Positions 29,201-41,800 of a stretch of DNA of 64,000 nt are shown here, piece by piece. Under the pieces are notes generated by a model. It ran no database searches and was not told the DNA's origin. It saw only the letters and a list, made by a program, of their open reading frames with translations. Source of the stretch: Ptychomitrium polyphyllum (Eukaryota); the NCBI GenBank assembly GCA_973851085.1, contig OZ316775.1, positions 22,134,001 through 22,198,000 of the forward strand. The letters run 5' to 3'. The position numbers and the translations under genes are program-made. Each line of letters opens with the position of its first letter. The first letter of the stretch is position 1.

Positions 29201-32200
29201 TGGTTTGGCAGGCTCTCCCTTTTTCCGGGATGACACAAGGTTGCGCGCATTGCGGTTCTTAGATCACATGCTGGTAAATTTGTCTATTTTATTGGAGTTG
29301 TAGGTGCTTTAGATGTAGGTAGGGTAGTACCTAAGAGCAGTGAAACTTTTTTGATTTGTCATGAAATCTTTCAAGTCTGGGTAATAGCTCACATATCCCA
29401 TGCTTACACGCACACAGAGGCATGAGGAGACCCACCAAATTTAGTAGAGGTATGATACTGAGTATAGATACCTCGTGTGTCCTCTGATATATCTCATTAA
29501 ACTCTTTTTAAACAGAGTTAGGTCCTATTCTAATATTGGGCCTCTGTGGGATGTACAGGAAAGGGACAGTATGCAGAAAACCCAATTCTTGAAAGCTATG
29601 TCAGATATGTGGACCAGCTTTGATGCTCGTGTGCTGCGTTTTAAGGTTTGTTTGTGTGAATGTGTGCAGCAATCTAAATTTACTAATTGTATTTGACTAG
29701 TCGTAAGGCTGAAAGTTGCAACTGGTTGTTACATAAACGATATGTGAGGATGTTCGTATAGTAGTGTGCCGTGTGTACGTTTTGTCGAGTTACTAATCCA
29801 GATGTAACTCGATTTTTGGGATGAAGGTGCTGCCACCATTGTGTTCGGAGCTTCGCAATGAGGTGATGCTGCCAATGGTGCTTCCTATGGTGCTCACTAT
29901 AGCAGACTCGCAGGTATGCCTCAGTTTATAACTTCTTTTTGACAACAAAGCTATGAAGTCAGTGTTTTTAGCAATGAATATGCTTCTCTTGTTTATTCAA
30001 AATATACTGCGTACTGCATAGTGATGTTTTCCCTGCTTGGATGCTCAAGTTGTTCTTTGTTGGTTTGTACTCATGTTTGGTCATGTGTTTCAGGAAGCTG
30101 TGGATTTCCAGTCTGCAACACTTCCAGCATTGTTGCCGGTTCTTAGCACTGCTACAGGAGACCCCTTACTCTTGCTCGTTAAGCATGCAAGTCTCCTCAT
30201 TAATAAGGTATGCTTTGACTGGTTTAAGATGACTTGTGATTCGCATAGTTTGGAAATATTATGCTCCGTCTGTGTGGTGTATAGTTTTACGTGGTACTCG
30301 AAGGCAAGAAAGGAATTCTCACTTTTCTGTTTAGGATAACTGTAGAGCATTAAACAGAAGTTATCGTTCAATAGTCTTGTATTATGTATGATTCTGCCTT
30401 GTTAGTTCTAGGTCATTACATGAAAACTGAAAATACTTCTCTGGCTTTCATCTGGTTTGCAGGCAGGACCAGACGCCTTAGCAGGCCATGTGGTGCCTAT
30501 GGTCATCCGTGCTTTCGAGGACCCTGATGCCCGAATGCAAGAGGAAGTTCTGAAGCGCACCGTAACTCTCACCAAGCAACTCGATTTTACAGTTACTGTC
30601 CCTTTCTTGTCTTCTTTTACCTCTTGATTATCGTTGTTTTTACTTTTGGTCTGAACATCAGTGGTTAGGGCATTGAGTGAAAGTGGAGAATTTAGAAGTG
30701 CCTTTTCTTTTTTCAAGTTAAATCACTTACCCTCTAGGTTGTGTAGATTCTCAAACAGCTGCATCTACCTTTCATTGACATGGTAAACGCTTTGCTTGTT
30801 TGGTCATCAATTGAAGGCGGTATATGCGTTGATTTTTGTCAGGCATACAGATGCATTGTACTTGTCGCCGTACGAACGTTAACGTGCTGATTTCTGGTGG
30901 TATATCATTGTGTCCAGGTATTGAGGCAATCAATCTTGCCCCGAGTCCACAGCCTTGCTCTCAAGACCACAATGGCAGCAGTATGGATCTGCCTAGCATT
31001 CCCAAATTTTCCTTGGTGTGAATAGGGTTTAATTTCCTAGAAACATTTTCGATTTGGTTTTACATAGGAAACGGTCTACATTTTTATCAGTTTTTCAGTA
31101 TCTTATATTCTGCTCCTGTTGCTAGGCTTGTCTACTGGCCTTTTAGTTATGGAATTGAGAATATTTACAATTTTTAAAATTTGGGAATGGTATTGACTCT
31201 GTAACCTAAGTCGAGCCTTTCTTAAGGTAAAATTTACTCTTGTTGCTGTGATGGGTTTTAAGTTAACATACAAGCTGAATGATGCAGGTGCGCGTGAATG
31301 CGTTGCTTTGCTTAGGCGAGGTTGTTCCACGCCTTGACAAAGCGGCTATAAAAGAAGTCCTACAGACTTTGCAGCGTTGTACAGCCGTAGACCATTCTGC
31401 TCCAACTCTAATGTGCTCTCTGGGGGTTGTATCTGCTATATACCAGCAGGTCAGAAGCGAATCATGGTATCACCATCTTGCGATGTTCGTTGAATGACCG
31501 AAATCAACGAGTTTTTAGGATTGACTTGCATTTATTTTTATCTCTTGTTACCGACTCTTCTTATTTTGTGACTTCAGATGGGTGTCGAGTTCGCTGCTGA
31601 GCATCTGCTTCCACTTCTTTGCCCTTTGCTCACTGTACAGCAGCTTAACATTCAGCAATTTGCAAAATACATGCACTTTGTTAAAGAGGTCCTCAGGTAA
31701 ATTTGGGAGTCATTTTGCTGTTCAGAATTCTTCATTCATTCCCACCACTAAGTACACTCGTGCTGGTTAATTATTTCACTGTAACACGCATAAGCCACGT
31801 TTTGCAGAAAAATTGAGGAGAAGCGAGGTGTGGTTGTTAGCGAGGTGGAGCCAGTTTCACTTGACATGAAGACATTCGCTCTTAGTGGCCCTGCAAAAGC
31901 AAATGTGAAGGCAACAGGGAATGGGACTGACAATAACAGTTCATGGGATGCCGACTGGGCCGCACCAAAGAAGTCAGCAAGCAGTGCTGCATTTGACAAC
32001 GGTCTCTTCCCTCAGAAATCTGCTCCTGCTTCTGCGCCTGCCTCTGCCCCTTCAAGCGCGGTGCCTGCTCTACCTCCTCAGCCTGCGTCATCCCAACAAC
32101 CAGCTATATCATTTGAGTGGCCTCGTCCTGCATCTATTCCAAGCATCATCACAAAGATGCCCAGTGCGTCCAGCCTCAGTGCTAAGACTTCCAATCTTGG

Positions 32201-32657
32201 TGGAACGAGCTCGGGCTTCAGCAGTCCAAATTTAAATAGCTACCAGACTACATCAAACACGCAAGTCAGTGATGACAACGATCCATTCTCCAATTGGCCA
32301 CCGCAATCGTCAACTCCGAGCAGTACATCTACCCAATCTAGTTGGAATAGTGGATCCATTTCCTCAAATAGTCAAAGTCTGAGCAATCTCAAGACTTCAA
32401 AGGGGAGTTCGAATTCTATTCTGAATGCAAATGATTGGACAATGTCTGTAGCGCAGCATAGCTCAAAGAAAGAGACGGATGACTTTGGCGATTTCTTCAG
32501 TTCTTCTCCTAAACGGCAAGAGGCACCATTGAAATTGGCTCCTCCTCCTGCATCTGGCTTAGGTAAAGGGAGAGGCAGAAACCCCATCCGACCTCCACAG
32601 GTCAGGCATACGAAGAGCAATTCTATTGAACAACCTCCTCTTCTGGATTTGCTATGA
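26239..32657 (+). CDS. SCYL2: SCY1-like pseudokinase 2 (CVAK104-like; kinase-like domain, HEAT repeats, S/P-rich tail). About 15 exons: 26239-26519, 26841-27051, 27260-27364, 27765-27875, 28043-28225, 28625-28751, 29212-29273, 29559-29645, 29827-29913, 30094-30207, 30463-30591, 30918-30980, 31288-31449, 31578-31696, 31808-32657.
   Basis: N-terminus [19 protein letters not shown]...VTGPK; LRHPGVV; degenerate catalytic loop [37 protein letters not shown]-terminal PLLDLL. Confidence 0.93.
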
Positions 32658-33714
32658 AAGAGGCTTGGTGCACTGAGCCTTGACTTTGTAAACTCGTCGT
32701 TTAGGTTAGCCATTCTTGAGAGGTTTGCACTCGGTGCACTGCACAAGAGGCAGCCTCACATGACAATAAGCTTCATTGTTGGAATCTCCTGCCCTTCCAG
32801 TCTTTTGAGGTCTTGTAGGACATTAAGTTATTAGCATCGACTTTCCAGGGAGGGTTTGTACAAATAGAGTGTAGAAGGTATTGTTGGACATTTCTGCCTA
32901 CATAGGGCAACACCACTTCAACCATAGGTATGTGACTATAATACCTATTGAACTTCAGTTCATGAACACTCTTTGTTTTTAGTCATAACAGAATGATCAA
33001 CAGGTCTAGCCACTAGGTGAAGTTCTGTTTCCCTTAATTGTCCAATGCTTAGTGGGAAGAACAAGGACTCGTCAAAACATTCAAACTGGGCCTGCACGTG
33101 CACTGGAGAATGATCACGTGTATCTCGACAGGATGCAGCTATTGGAAGAACGACGTGCACTGATGGAGACAGTGCAATCTCAAGCACATAGACGTCTAGT
33201 GCTCGAAGGACAGCTTTCTCAATTTGAGGTTAACATTCGAGAAGATATTGAAACCAACTACAGGCTTCTTCAGGATATTCAAGAGTTGAAGAAAAGCTTC
33301 ATAACAATATTGAAGATTACATAGAAACCGTACCTAGTGTCTAGTTGGCCTCACGGCAGGAGGTTACGCTATCTACTGCTGGATCTAATCCTTTGTCTTG
33401 TAGTCTTTCAAAAGACAATATAAGAGCGAGTCTAGCTTGAAGGGTCTTCTCCATTTCCCGCCCCTCTGCTGCAGTTTCTGGCAAACCATGGCCATGGATG
33501 CCCATACAAACATCTTCACTCACGCACAGCCACGGTCGCTTCATTTCTACTCAGAACCTTGGATCGTCGCATGATACCCAAGCATTTTCTGTGGAGCCTC
33601 TTAGGTTCATACGTAGCTTTAGGCCCAAACAACTTTTTTCCCATGTCGGATTGAGCCTAAACCTTCTTACGTCTAGTTCTGAGATAGAGGACAATTTTGT
33701 TTTAGTACCGAGAA

Positions 33715-36629
33715 ATGGGGATGGCCATGGCCAAGCCTTGTGCAGTCATGATTTCTACCGGTTTCGCAGATGCCTATCGTGTCGTCCGTGGAATAGGAGT
33801 AGGCGCCGGGACATCTGGTTTTGAAGGCGAGAGTTCCATTAGTGGGTTCGGAACTCTCGCCTTCAGCGTTTATGCAAGCCATATCCTGGTTCTCCGGAGA
33901 GATAATTTGGTGGCTGGCAGAGGGTAGAGAGATCACTGATGGTGCAGTTAACAGATGGACAACGGTTTCCAATCGCGTCTTGAAACGTTGTGTAGATCAT
34001 GAGAGGGAGATTGTAAGTATCCTGCAAGGAAGAATTGGATTTAGTCCCTTAATACAGGTGGTTTGTTTAGCGAGTTGAATGTACCAAGATTGACAATTTA
34101 ACTGAAACGATGTTTTCGTTGAAGTGAAGCTTACCACGTTGCTTATGTCGTGAAAGTCGTAGGGGGTTTTCTGGTGTCCTGGAGCCAACAGAAAGCTCGG
34201 CGATGTTTGCCTGACTCTTCGCTTGATAACCTAGGCTCCCATCGCCAAAGGATTTGCAAAATTATGCCACTCCAGGGAGCACCCACATCAATCTCGACCT
34301 CTGAATTATCATTGCCCGTTAACACGTAGCAAGTTACACTAGCTCTTTTATCTTTATCGCAAGCCGTGATATCATACGAACAGAGGTTTTTGATGTTGAT
34401 CTTGGCAGCTACATGGGCAAGACTAATTGAATGCTTAGACTCAAGAACATTTTGATATATTATACTCTTTTCAGCATGAAATATCAATTCGTTTGCCGTT
34501 TCTATCTCTCAATAATCAATTTGTACAGATATTCCAGCTAGTGAAAGTAGTTTAAACTAACGTTCTTATTGCACTTTCTGCAGGAAAGTGGAGCGATGGT
34601 GGAGCTCAAACGAGAATGCATGCCTGTTTGGAACTAACCGTGAACAGAGCTGGTGATTACAAGCAAAGCTGAGGTGATAGCAGCAGCCAGCCGAACGGCT
34701 GCTGGTAAGTTCACCATAGTATTGTAGGCTGACTGCGTTGTGATTAAAGAGACAACCAACCTGTTCCACACAATGAATTTCTTGCAAGCTACGATGAACA
34801 TGGACATACTAGCTGGGGATGTAGGAATTGCTATGGCTTCATTGGAAAGGATTCTTTTGCCTTATATCTGCTTCGTTGATAGGAATGAGCCTACCAAATC
34901 TTCACTTAGCGTGAGGTGTCTATACAGGAAGAAAGTCTGGCGGTAGTTTCAGACTTTGGCGAACATTACATTCTTGAGGACCCTCAAGAGTCAAAATGTA
35001 TGCGAGGGTCTAAATCCTGATAACCAGGACCCCAGTTGGATAGTTTTGGCCAAGAATGTAATGTGTGAGCTGGTTCCAAAGTGCTTCTATTTTTTATTCT
35101 TGTCATTCGCGTCTGTACGTAAAGCCCGAAGTTCATCAGATTTCTGGAAGGAAAAATGATACGGCAATGCTCCGCCTAATCCTGCAACAAGAATGCTATT
35201 GCAATGAAGTAGCTTCATATCAAATCTCAACAACGAATGGACGAGTTTCTGAATGAAGTTGTCTTAATAAGTGGGATGAAGCATCGAAACTTGGTGAAAC
35301 TGAAGGGTTGTTGTATTCGGGATAAACAACGATTGCTGGTTTATGAGTACGTTGATAATCACGACCTACAGTGGGTTCTTCTTGGTAAGTGCATCATGGA
35401 AACCACATGTTGTCAAGAGCTTTTGAATTGAGTGTTATTTTAGCAAGTTTACGCAATATGATAATCCATTCTCAATAATATTTAATTTTATAACTAATGA
35501 AATGCAGAAGGCAACAGCAATCAGACTGTGAGTTGGCCTCAACGTATGAGGATCTGTATGGCCATTGCTCACGGACCAAATTACTTGCACGTGTTGGTTC
35601 AACCAAAAATCATTCACAGGGACATCAAACCAGCCAACATCCTACTGGACAGCAACTTAGAACCTAAGATAGCAGACTTTGGATTGGCGCTTCTTTTTCC
35701 GGAAGAGACCAGTCACAGCATGACTGCATATCGTGGCACGAAGTAATTATCCTTTTGTAAACCTCTCTATTCTTTTTCCTGGCTTACAAAATCCCTGTTT
35801 CAATTTCTTTCAATCTGTTGTAGCTGAAAGGGCTAATGAAGTGAGACTCTTGAATTTAGGGAATGGTTGGTCTGACTTACGTCTGCAAGTACCGGAGTAT
35901 GCAACCATGGGGCAACTAAGTGAAAAAGCCGATGTATTCAGTTTTGGAGTTGTGTGTCTTGAGATAGTCAGTAGAAGAAGAAATATCGACAACAGAGCTC
36001 CTCCCGAACAAACCGTCCTCACAAGATGGGTAAGGACCTCATAAACATTTTCCAGTCTACAGTTTCCAGTTTAAATCGGTTTCAAGTAGATTGAATAACC
36101 ATGTAATCAATTACAGCTTTAAGTGCAGAATTACAAATGTAAAGAGATTTTATTTTTGGAAGTGATCCTCCAAAGGTGTACATCCCGATGCACTTTTCAA
36201 GCAAAATCTCAGAGTCATGTTGTTCATAGACGATACTAAAATGTGATGAACTGAACGTTGCTGAGTTTCCCTCGACAGGCACAAGAGCTGCACTTTAACG
36301 GGAGCATAATGGCATTGTGAATCCCACAGGCTGGAGTTGCAAAGCAGGGAGATACTTGAAGTAGAACGAGTAACAGGCACAGCGCTATTGTGTTTGCACC
36401 ATCGTGAGGGCAGGCGCCCTGATATGGCACAGTTTCCATGATCCAGGAAGATCTGAGTTCTGAGGTTATTGACTTAGAAACAGGCTTGGAAACGCCACAA
36501 GGTTCAAGCAATTTGGATGCATCAAGGAGTTTGGAGATGTCGTTGCTTGAGATGGGATCTAGCAGCAGAGACCCAAGTTTGCACATTTCTGATGGCACGT
36601 CCTCTAACGGTGAAAGGATTCTCATATGA
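33715..36629 (+). pseudogene. Decayed LRR receptor-like kinase; best-preserved kinase exons at ~35195-35384, 35508-35741 and 35890-36029
   Basis: Motifs EFLNEVVLISGMKHRNLVKLKGCC, HRDIKPANILLD, KIADFGLA, PEYATMGQLSEKADVFSFGVV and ALLCL..RRPDM. In-frame TAG at 35210-35212 right after the subdomain II AMK; no Gly-loop; GYLA missing before PEY. Degenerate LRR-like segment near 34956-35062. Confidence 0.8.
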
Positions 36630-38664
36630 AAAATCCAACAGCACTAGTGGTATTCGAACCAAGTTAGCAAAGCTATATCCTTGATAACCTCCTCAGTTAA
36701 GACTTAGGTAGCTACTCCAAGTTACATGCAGCTTTGCAATCTAGTGCAAGCTTCAAGCCTCTTATCATCACACCTCATAATTTAAACTCAGAAAATCACT
36801 CATTGTATGCATAGTTGTCAATTGTGTGTGGATTTCTTGAATATTAAATTGTGAGCTTTTTTATTTAGAACAAATTCATGAATTGAGGTTTTGTGTTATG
36901 TCTTAAATCATCAAAAACAATTGGACAACAAGTAAAGGAGAGGAGATTTTTCAATGCTCATAGCTTATTAAACCATTGGAATTGAAATGTGACTCTAGTC
37001 TTTTTGAAATGGGATCAAAATAATAAATATGGTAGAGTGGTTGTTTGTTTCATTTAGTAAAAGAATGTATAAGCTAATAGAGTTATTTGTAAGTTCATCA
37101 TGTTTGCTTCAAAAAGTGGAAGAAGGACTTGCATTAAAATATATACTTTAATCAAGTGATTGAATTTTTTTGTAATGAGATATGTGCTCCAATCATAAAT
37201 ACAAATGAGGTGAAAGAAGAGATAACATCATGAAGAGATAGGAATTGAGTTTTAAAATAACTTTATTGAGGATCAAAATTTTATTTTTAATTTGATTTTA
37301 ATTTAATTCCATTTTCCAACTATAAGGTGCAACTCTAGAGGTGCCTCCAGATGCTTGTGCCTAGGTAATCACCCTAGAGTCAAGAGGATGGGTTCATATA
37401 ATAGCTGGTCACGAGTCACCAAAGAGTGAGGTTCCTCCTAAAGGACGTTATGATTATATTTTGGTACACCTTTAGAGTTGAAATAACATGTTTAAATAAC
37501 ATGGTTAGAAAGCCTCAAGGAAGGTCACGTGTTTCTTCAATTATGGGTTCTATCATCTGATTGCTCCTTATGATAACAGCGGACTTATCTCTGCAAAAGT
37601 CTTGCTGTGTCTTCGTCTCCCAAGTTCTTTCAACGAAGCTCCACAGAACTCATAGACCTTAGACACTTGAGTAGTTTAGAAGTAATGTCCAACAGGCCGT
37701 CAAAGTTGAAGAGGATATCCAGCAACTCGGTCACAATATTTGAGGCAACAAACAAACAATTCATACTGTAATATTGAAATATATAAAGGGGGTGAAAAAA
37801 CACTTCAGTGCATTATGATTAAGCTTGCGTCACAGGTTTGAGATACAGAATATGCAAGGTGATTTACCACTCTAGTCTAATTGTGAACAAGTTGGGGGCA
37901 GCATGCGATCGCACCATATGGACAAACATTTGTTGCGTCTCCTAAAAGCAGTGAGGATTCAACCATGCAACGTTTGTTTGCAGGCAGGTACTACAGCTGA
38001 TCGAGACTTTCAACTCGTCTCAGCATCCCAGCCGTTGCAGTAAGCTTGCATGAACCAGAAGCTCACGCCGCCTCGAGCAAGCTCAAGTGCAGCAAAATTT
38101 GCATGACCCCTTAGTCCAATCTCCGCAGAAACAAAATATGGCAACACCCTGTGAGGATGCAACATAAGCATTTCAGAAAATTAGAATGGAAAAAATTTAA
38201 ATCCAACAGGCGAATGAGTCGTACAACTTCCACAACCGAAACAGCCTAGTCCAACCGACGAACAACACGCTAGAAGCACCTTCAAGACCTCAGATAATCA
38301 ATGTGCAATTCATACGAATCCACCAAAACTATGAATTCTAAGGAAATGCAAGATAGCATTCTTTGAAAATCCTAAACCCTAAAACCTTGGTAACAAAAAA
38401 CAAAAAACCTTCAGAACAAGCTTATAAAGGAGAGATCGAAGCTCAGAGCAACTTCAGAACAGAACTGCAGACTACACGATAAACAAAACATAAGAAGAAT
38501 TTTTGTATAGACCAGATTCAATCAATGCCCAATTTCGAAATCCTAAACCCTGAACACATGAGAACACTGCCTACCCCCATTCTACCAAAGCGAGCAAGGG
38601 CAGAAAATTGAGAAACCATGACAGAATCGGCTCACCCAACAGAGAAAAGAAGAGCAGCGATCGA

Positions 38665-38838
38665 CTACTTCATCTTGGCTTCGGTGAAGAGCACATGCTT
38701 CTTGACGACGGGATCGTACTTGCGGAACTCAAGCTTGGTGGTGAGCTTGCGGGGGTTCTTGGGCTTTACGTAGAAGTAGCCGGTGCCGGCAGCCGAGATG
38801 AGGCGCACCAGGATGGACCCTCCCTTCCCCTTCGCCAT
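38665..38838 (-). CDS. RPL33: Bacterial-type ribosomal protein L33 (bL33), 57 aa, nuclear-encoded and probably mitochondrial
   Basis: [57 protein letters not shown] carries the L33 signature RKYDP..+HV.F.E.K and has no zinc-ribbon cysteines. The ORF track's upstream extension starts at GTG. Confidence 0.95.
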   Translation of the reverse strand: MAKGKGGSILVRLISAAGTGYFYVKPKNPRKLTTKLEFRKYDPVVKKHVLFTEAKMK

Positions 38839-41800
38839 CGCTGCCTCCGGCTCTCCACACTTGCGCAACAACGAACTCCACAACAACCGCAAAAACTCCT
38901 CCACCCACAGTCACCGCCGCCATCGCCCCTCCATCGCCGTCGTCTCCCCTCTGCTCTCTTGGGCCCACGCCCATCGGCCTCCTTCCCTATCACCGCGCCC
39001 CAGTATCAACTCCGGATATTTCCTGTTCTAAATCCGCGTCATGCGGCTTGCTGACTGACGTCACGGGGAGCATGTTACGTTTTCATGCAAAGAGTTCTTC
39101 TGGTCTTTTAGTTTTTGAGAGTCCATGGTTTAGAACGTTTTCAGGTCCATTCCAAGTATGAAGCAGTTTATTGAAGTCGAAGTATAGGGGGGGTTAGTAC
39201 ATTGTTAATGCAGATGTATTATTTCATGCACATATTTTTGTTGGTGAAATATTGGTGCTGTTGAGCATATTCTTAGGCATAAGGGCTCTCTTGTATGTGA
39301 GTTAAGAGTATTGTGTTTTAATATGTCATATGGATGATGATCATAACAATAAGAAAATATGTTAAGATTAGTGTGAATTATGATGTGAGATTTGAATTTT
39401 AAAATGAGCCATACTTTTGTCTTGCCTTGACTAGTTTATTTTTATATGTGCATTGTTTTATGACCCTTAATAACCAACGAGCCTATACAATTGCACAAAG
39501 TAGTGATATTTCTCAACAAAGAACACTTCTCAAGAAATTTTACCATTGGATGATAGAATTATCTCTGTTAGTGTAAGTATAAACATGTGTTTGCTAATTA
39601 TTCACCATTAGGTTTCTCTTAATCTAAATGTTGATGTTTTTCCAGGAGGGTTGGCTTAGATTTCTTCTTCAAAAATGGATTTTTATGTTTGTTTTAAAGG
39701 TTTAGAAAGATTATATACTTGCAAGGTTATGAAAGAATTTCGTGTATGAGTACTTGTGCGGGAAGGACTTTATTCTAAGGATTCAAATTCTCCAGTTTGT
39801 TGCATGAATGAAATGATTTGATGAGAATTCAGTGATAAGTAATGGCGTTGTTTGTTTGCAAGTATTAATGGCGACTCTGAGAGAGCTGGAGGGCATGTAG
39901 TTCCAGCGGATGTTAGAATGATGACCCAGCCAAGATTAATATGAGTCCTGTACCACCTGTAAGGTTACTACAAACCAAGAATGGCAATCCTATCATGGTG
40001 CTTCATCAATCATTTCAGTGGTGTTCCATGACGCCTCACACTTCCAGAAGAAATCCGTGACTGCAATGTGGCAATGATGAATTTACTTAGCAGACAAATG
40101 CAATGATGAACTCTAGTGGCTGAGGCTGCTTTATGGCTAGTTGGTTCTGCTCCTCTTACCAAATCCCAAGAAGAAAGAAAGTGAAAGTGGACAACTGTAC
40201 AAAAGTGGGCAAGTGTGAGCAAGTGTGAATGCAGGAAGGAGCTTGTTCTTTCCTTAAATCATTCACGGAAGTTAACTTTTATGACAGGATACACAACTCA
40301 ATTCTTGTTGCTTTCAAAGAAATATACTCTTTGTTTGTACTTGTTGATTTATTTGGCTTCTTAGAGGAAAAATTCAATGAAATGTGTAGTTCATTGTTGC
40401 AAGTGAACTGCTCTAAATGAAAAGTATGTACAAAATACTTTGATTAAAAATATAATCAAAAACTAAAATATTTTTTTTGCTGTTTAAAGTCAACATATTA
40501 CCAAGTGTATTTTAACAATCTATTATAAAATATTTCATAAATAACCAATGTGAAGTTTCAATATAAAATAATATATCAATTTTGGACATATGGATTATGT
40601 ACTTCTAATTAGATTTATTATAACCGTTACCCGTAAATTTGAAGTGAATTTTTAATGTATTATGAATACAAATAATGAATTATCTTCAATTGAATGTATT
40701 TTTGAAGTTAATTAAAAGTTCAAACACTTAAGATGGTCAAATACTATAAAAATATCTTATTTAATTAAGAAAAATTTCCTTTAAAGTCTTCAATTTGAAT
40801 TAAAGAAGAATTTGACATTGTATCATAATTTAGTTTTTTTAATTTTAATTTAATTTAATTTGAAGATCTATGTTGTGCAAAAATTTTCCAATTAATACCA
40901 AAAAGACCAAATAAATTTAAATGGATGGAAGATGTTACTAAATAAAAATAAAATAAATCTTTGAGTTTGTTCACAATTCAAATTTTGTATGATATAAGCC
41001 TTAGGAGTTAAAGAATGTCAATCTAAAATGATCAAAATTAGACACGAATATAGCCAAGTGTTTCATCTTGGTAGTTTCTTTTGGAACCATAATTCCTTCT
41101 TCATAATTAGAACAAACCATGAAGTATATTTCATTACTAAAGCTTACATGACTATTTTTATACATTTTTAATATTCTTAAACCTACAGACTTCATTTCAA
41201 AATAAAGGAATTGATAGCTTAAAACAAAATAAAATAGAACATAAAATTTTATAGATAATAATTCTAAAAGGGGATAGAAAGTGACGGAAGTAAAATTCAA
41301 GCAAAGGAATAAAAAAAATCACTTACTGTTGGCCATTGTAAATTCACATTCTGGTGGAGTTGCATATTTTATAGACAGTCAGAATATGTACAGTAATAGA
41401 ATATTGGACTATAGTGGGTTCACATAAATTCAAAAGGACTCAATGGTTTAAGTGCTACTTTCTGGACACTTGATGTCAATGTTGTATGATACTGTAATGC
41501 TGGTGCCGTCCTACACATGTGACATCATTCTCCAACAACACGCAGTTCAAAGAAAAGACAAAGCACACTTTCAGTAGTAACAGCTTATTCATCTCATTCG
41601 TACCCGTAGGCATGACCAACTCCCAGTAGTAACCTCAACATTACCCACATCCAAAATGCCTAAAAGTAAATGAATTTGAAGATCATCTTCTATGAACAAT
41701 GCTCATGTACAATATGCCACATGCTCCTGCGGATGTTCTAAAACAACATAAACTAGAGCATTTCTTAACTTCATAAGAACCAAGGATCCCATGATGCAAG

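Noticed and set aside
33052..33324. 90-aa coiled-coil-like ORF downstream of SCYL2
   Set aside because: Starts at GTG, is short, and has no recognisable family or splice partners; possibly a gene or TE fragment.
38608..39054. 148-aa plus-strand ORF and the GTG-initiated extension of L33
   Set aside because: Antisense shadow of the GC-rich L33 gene and its 5' UTR. The conserved protein begins at the ATG at 38838.
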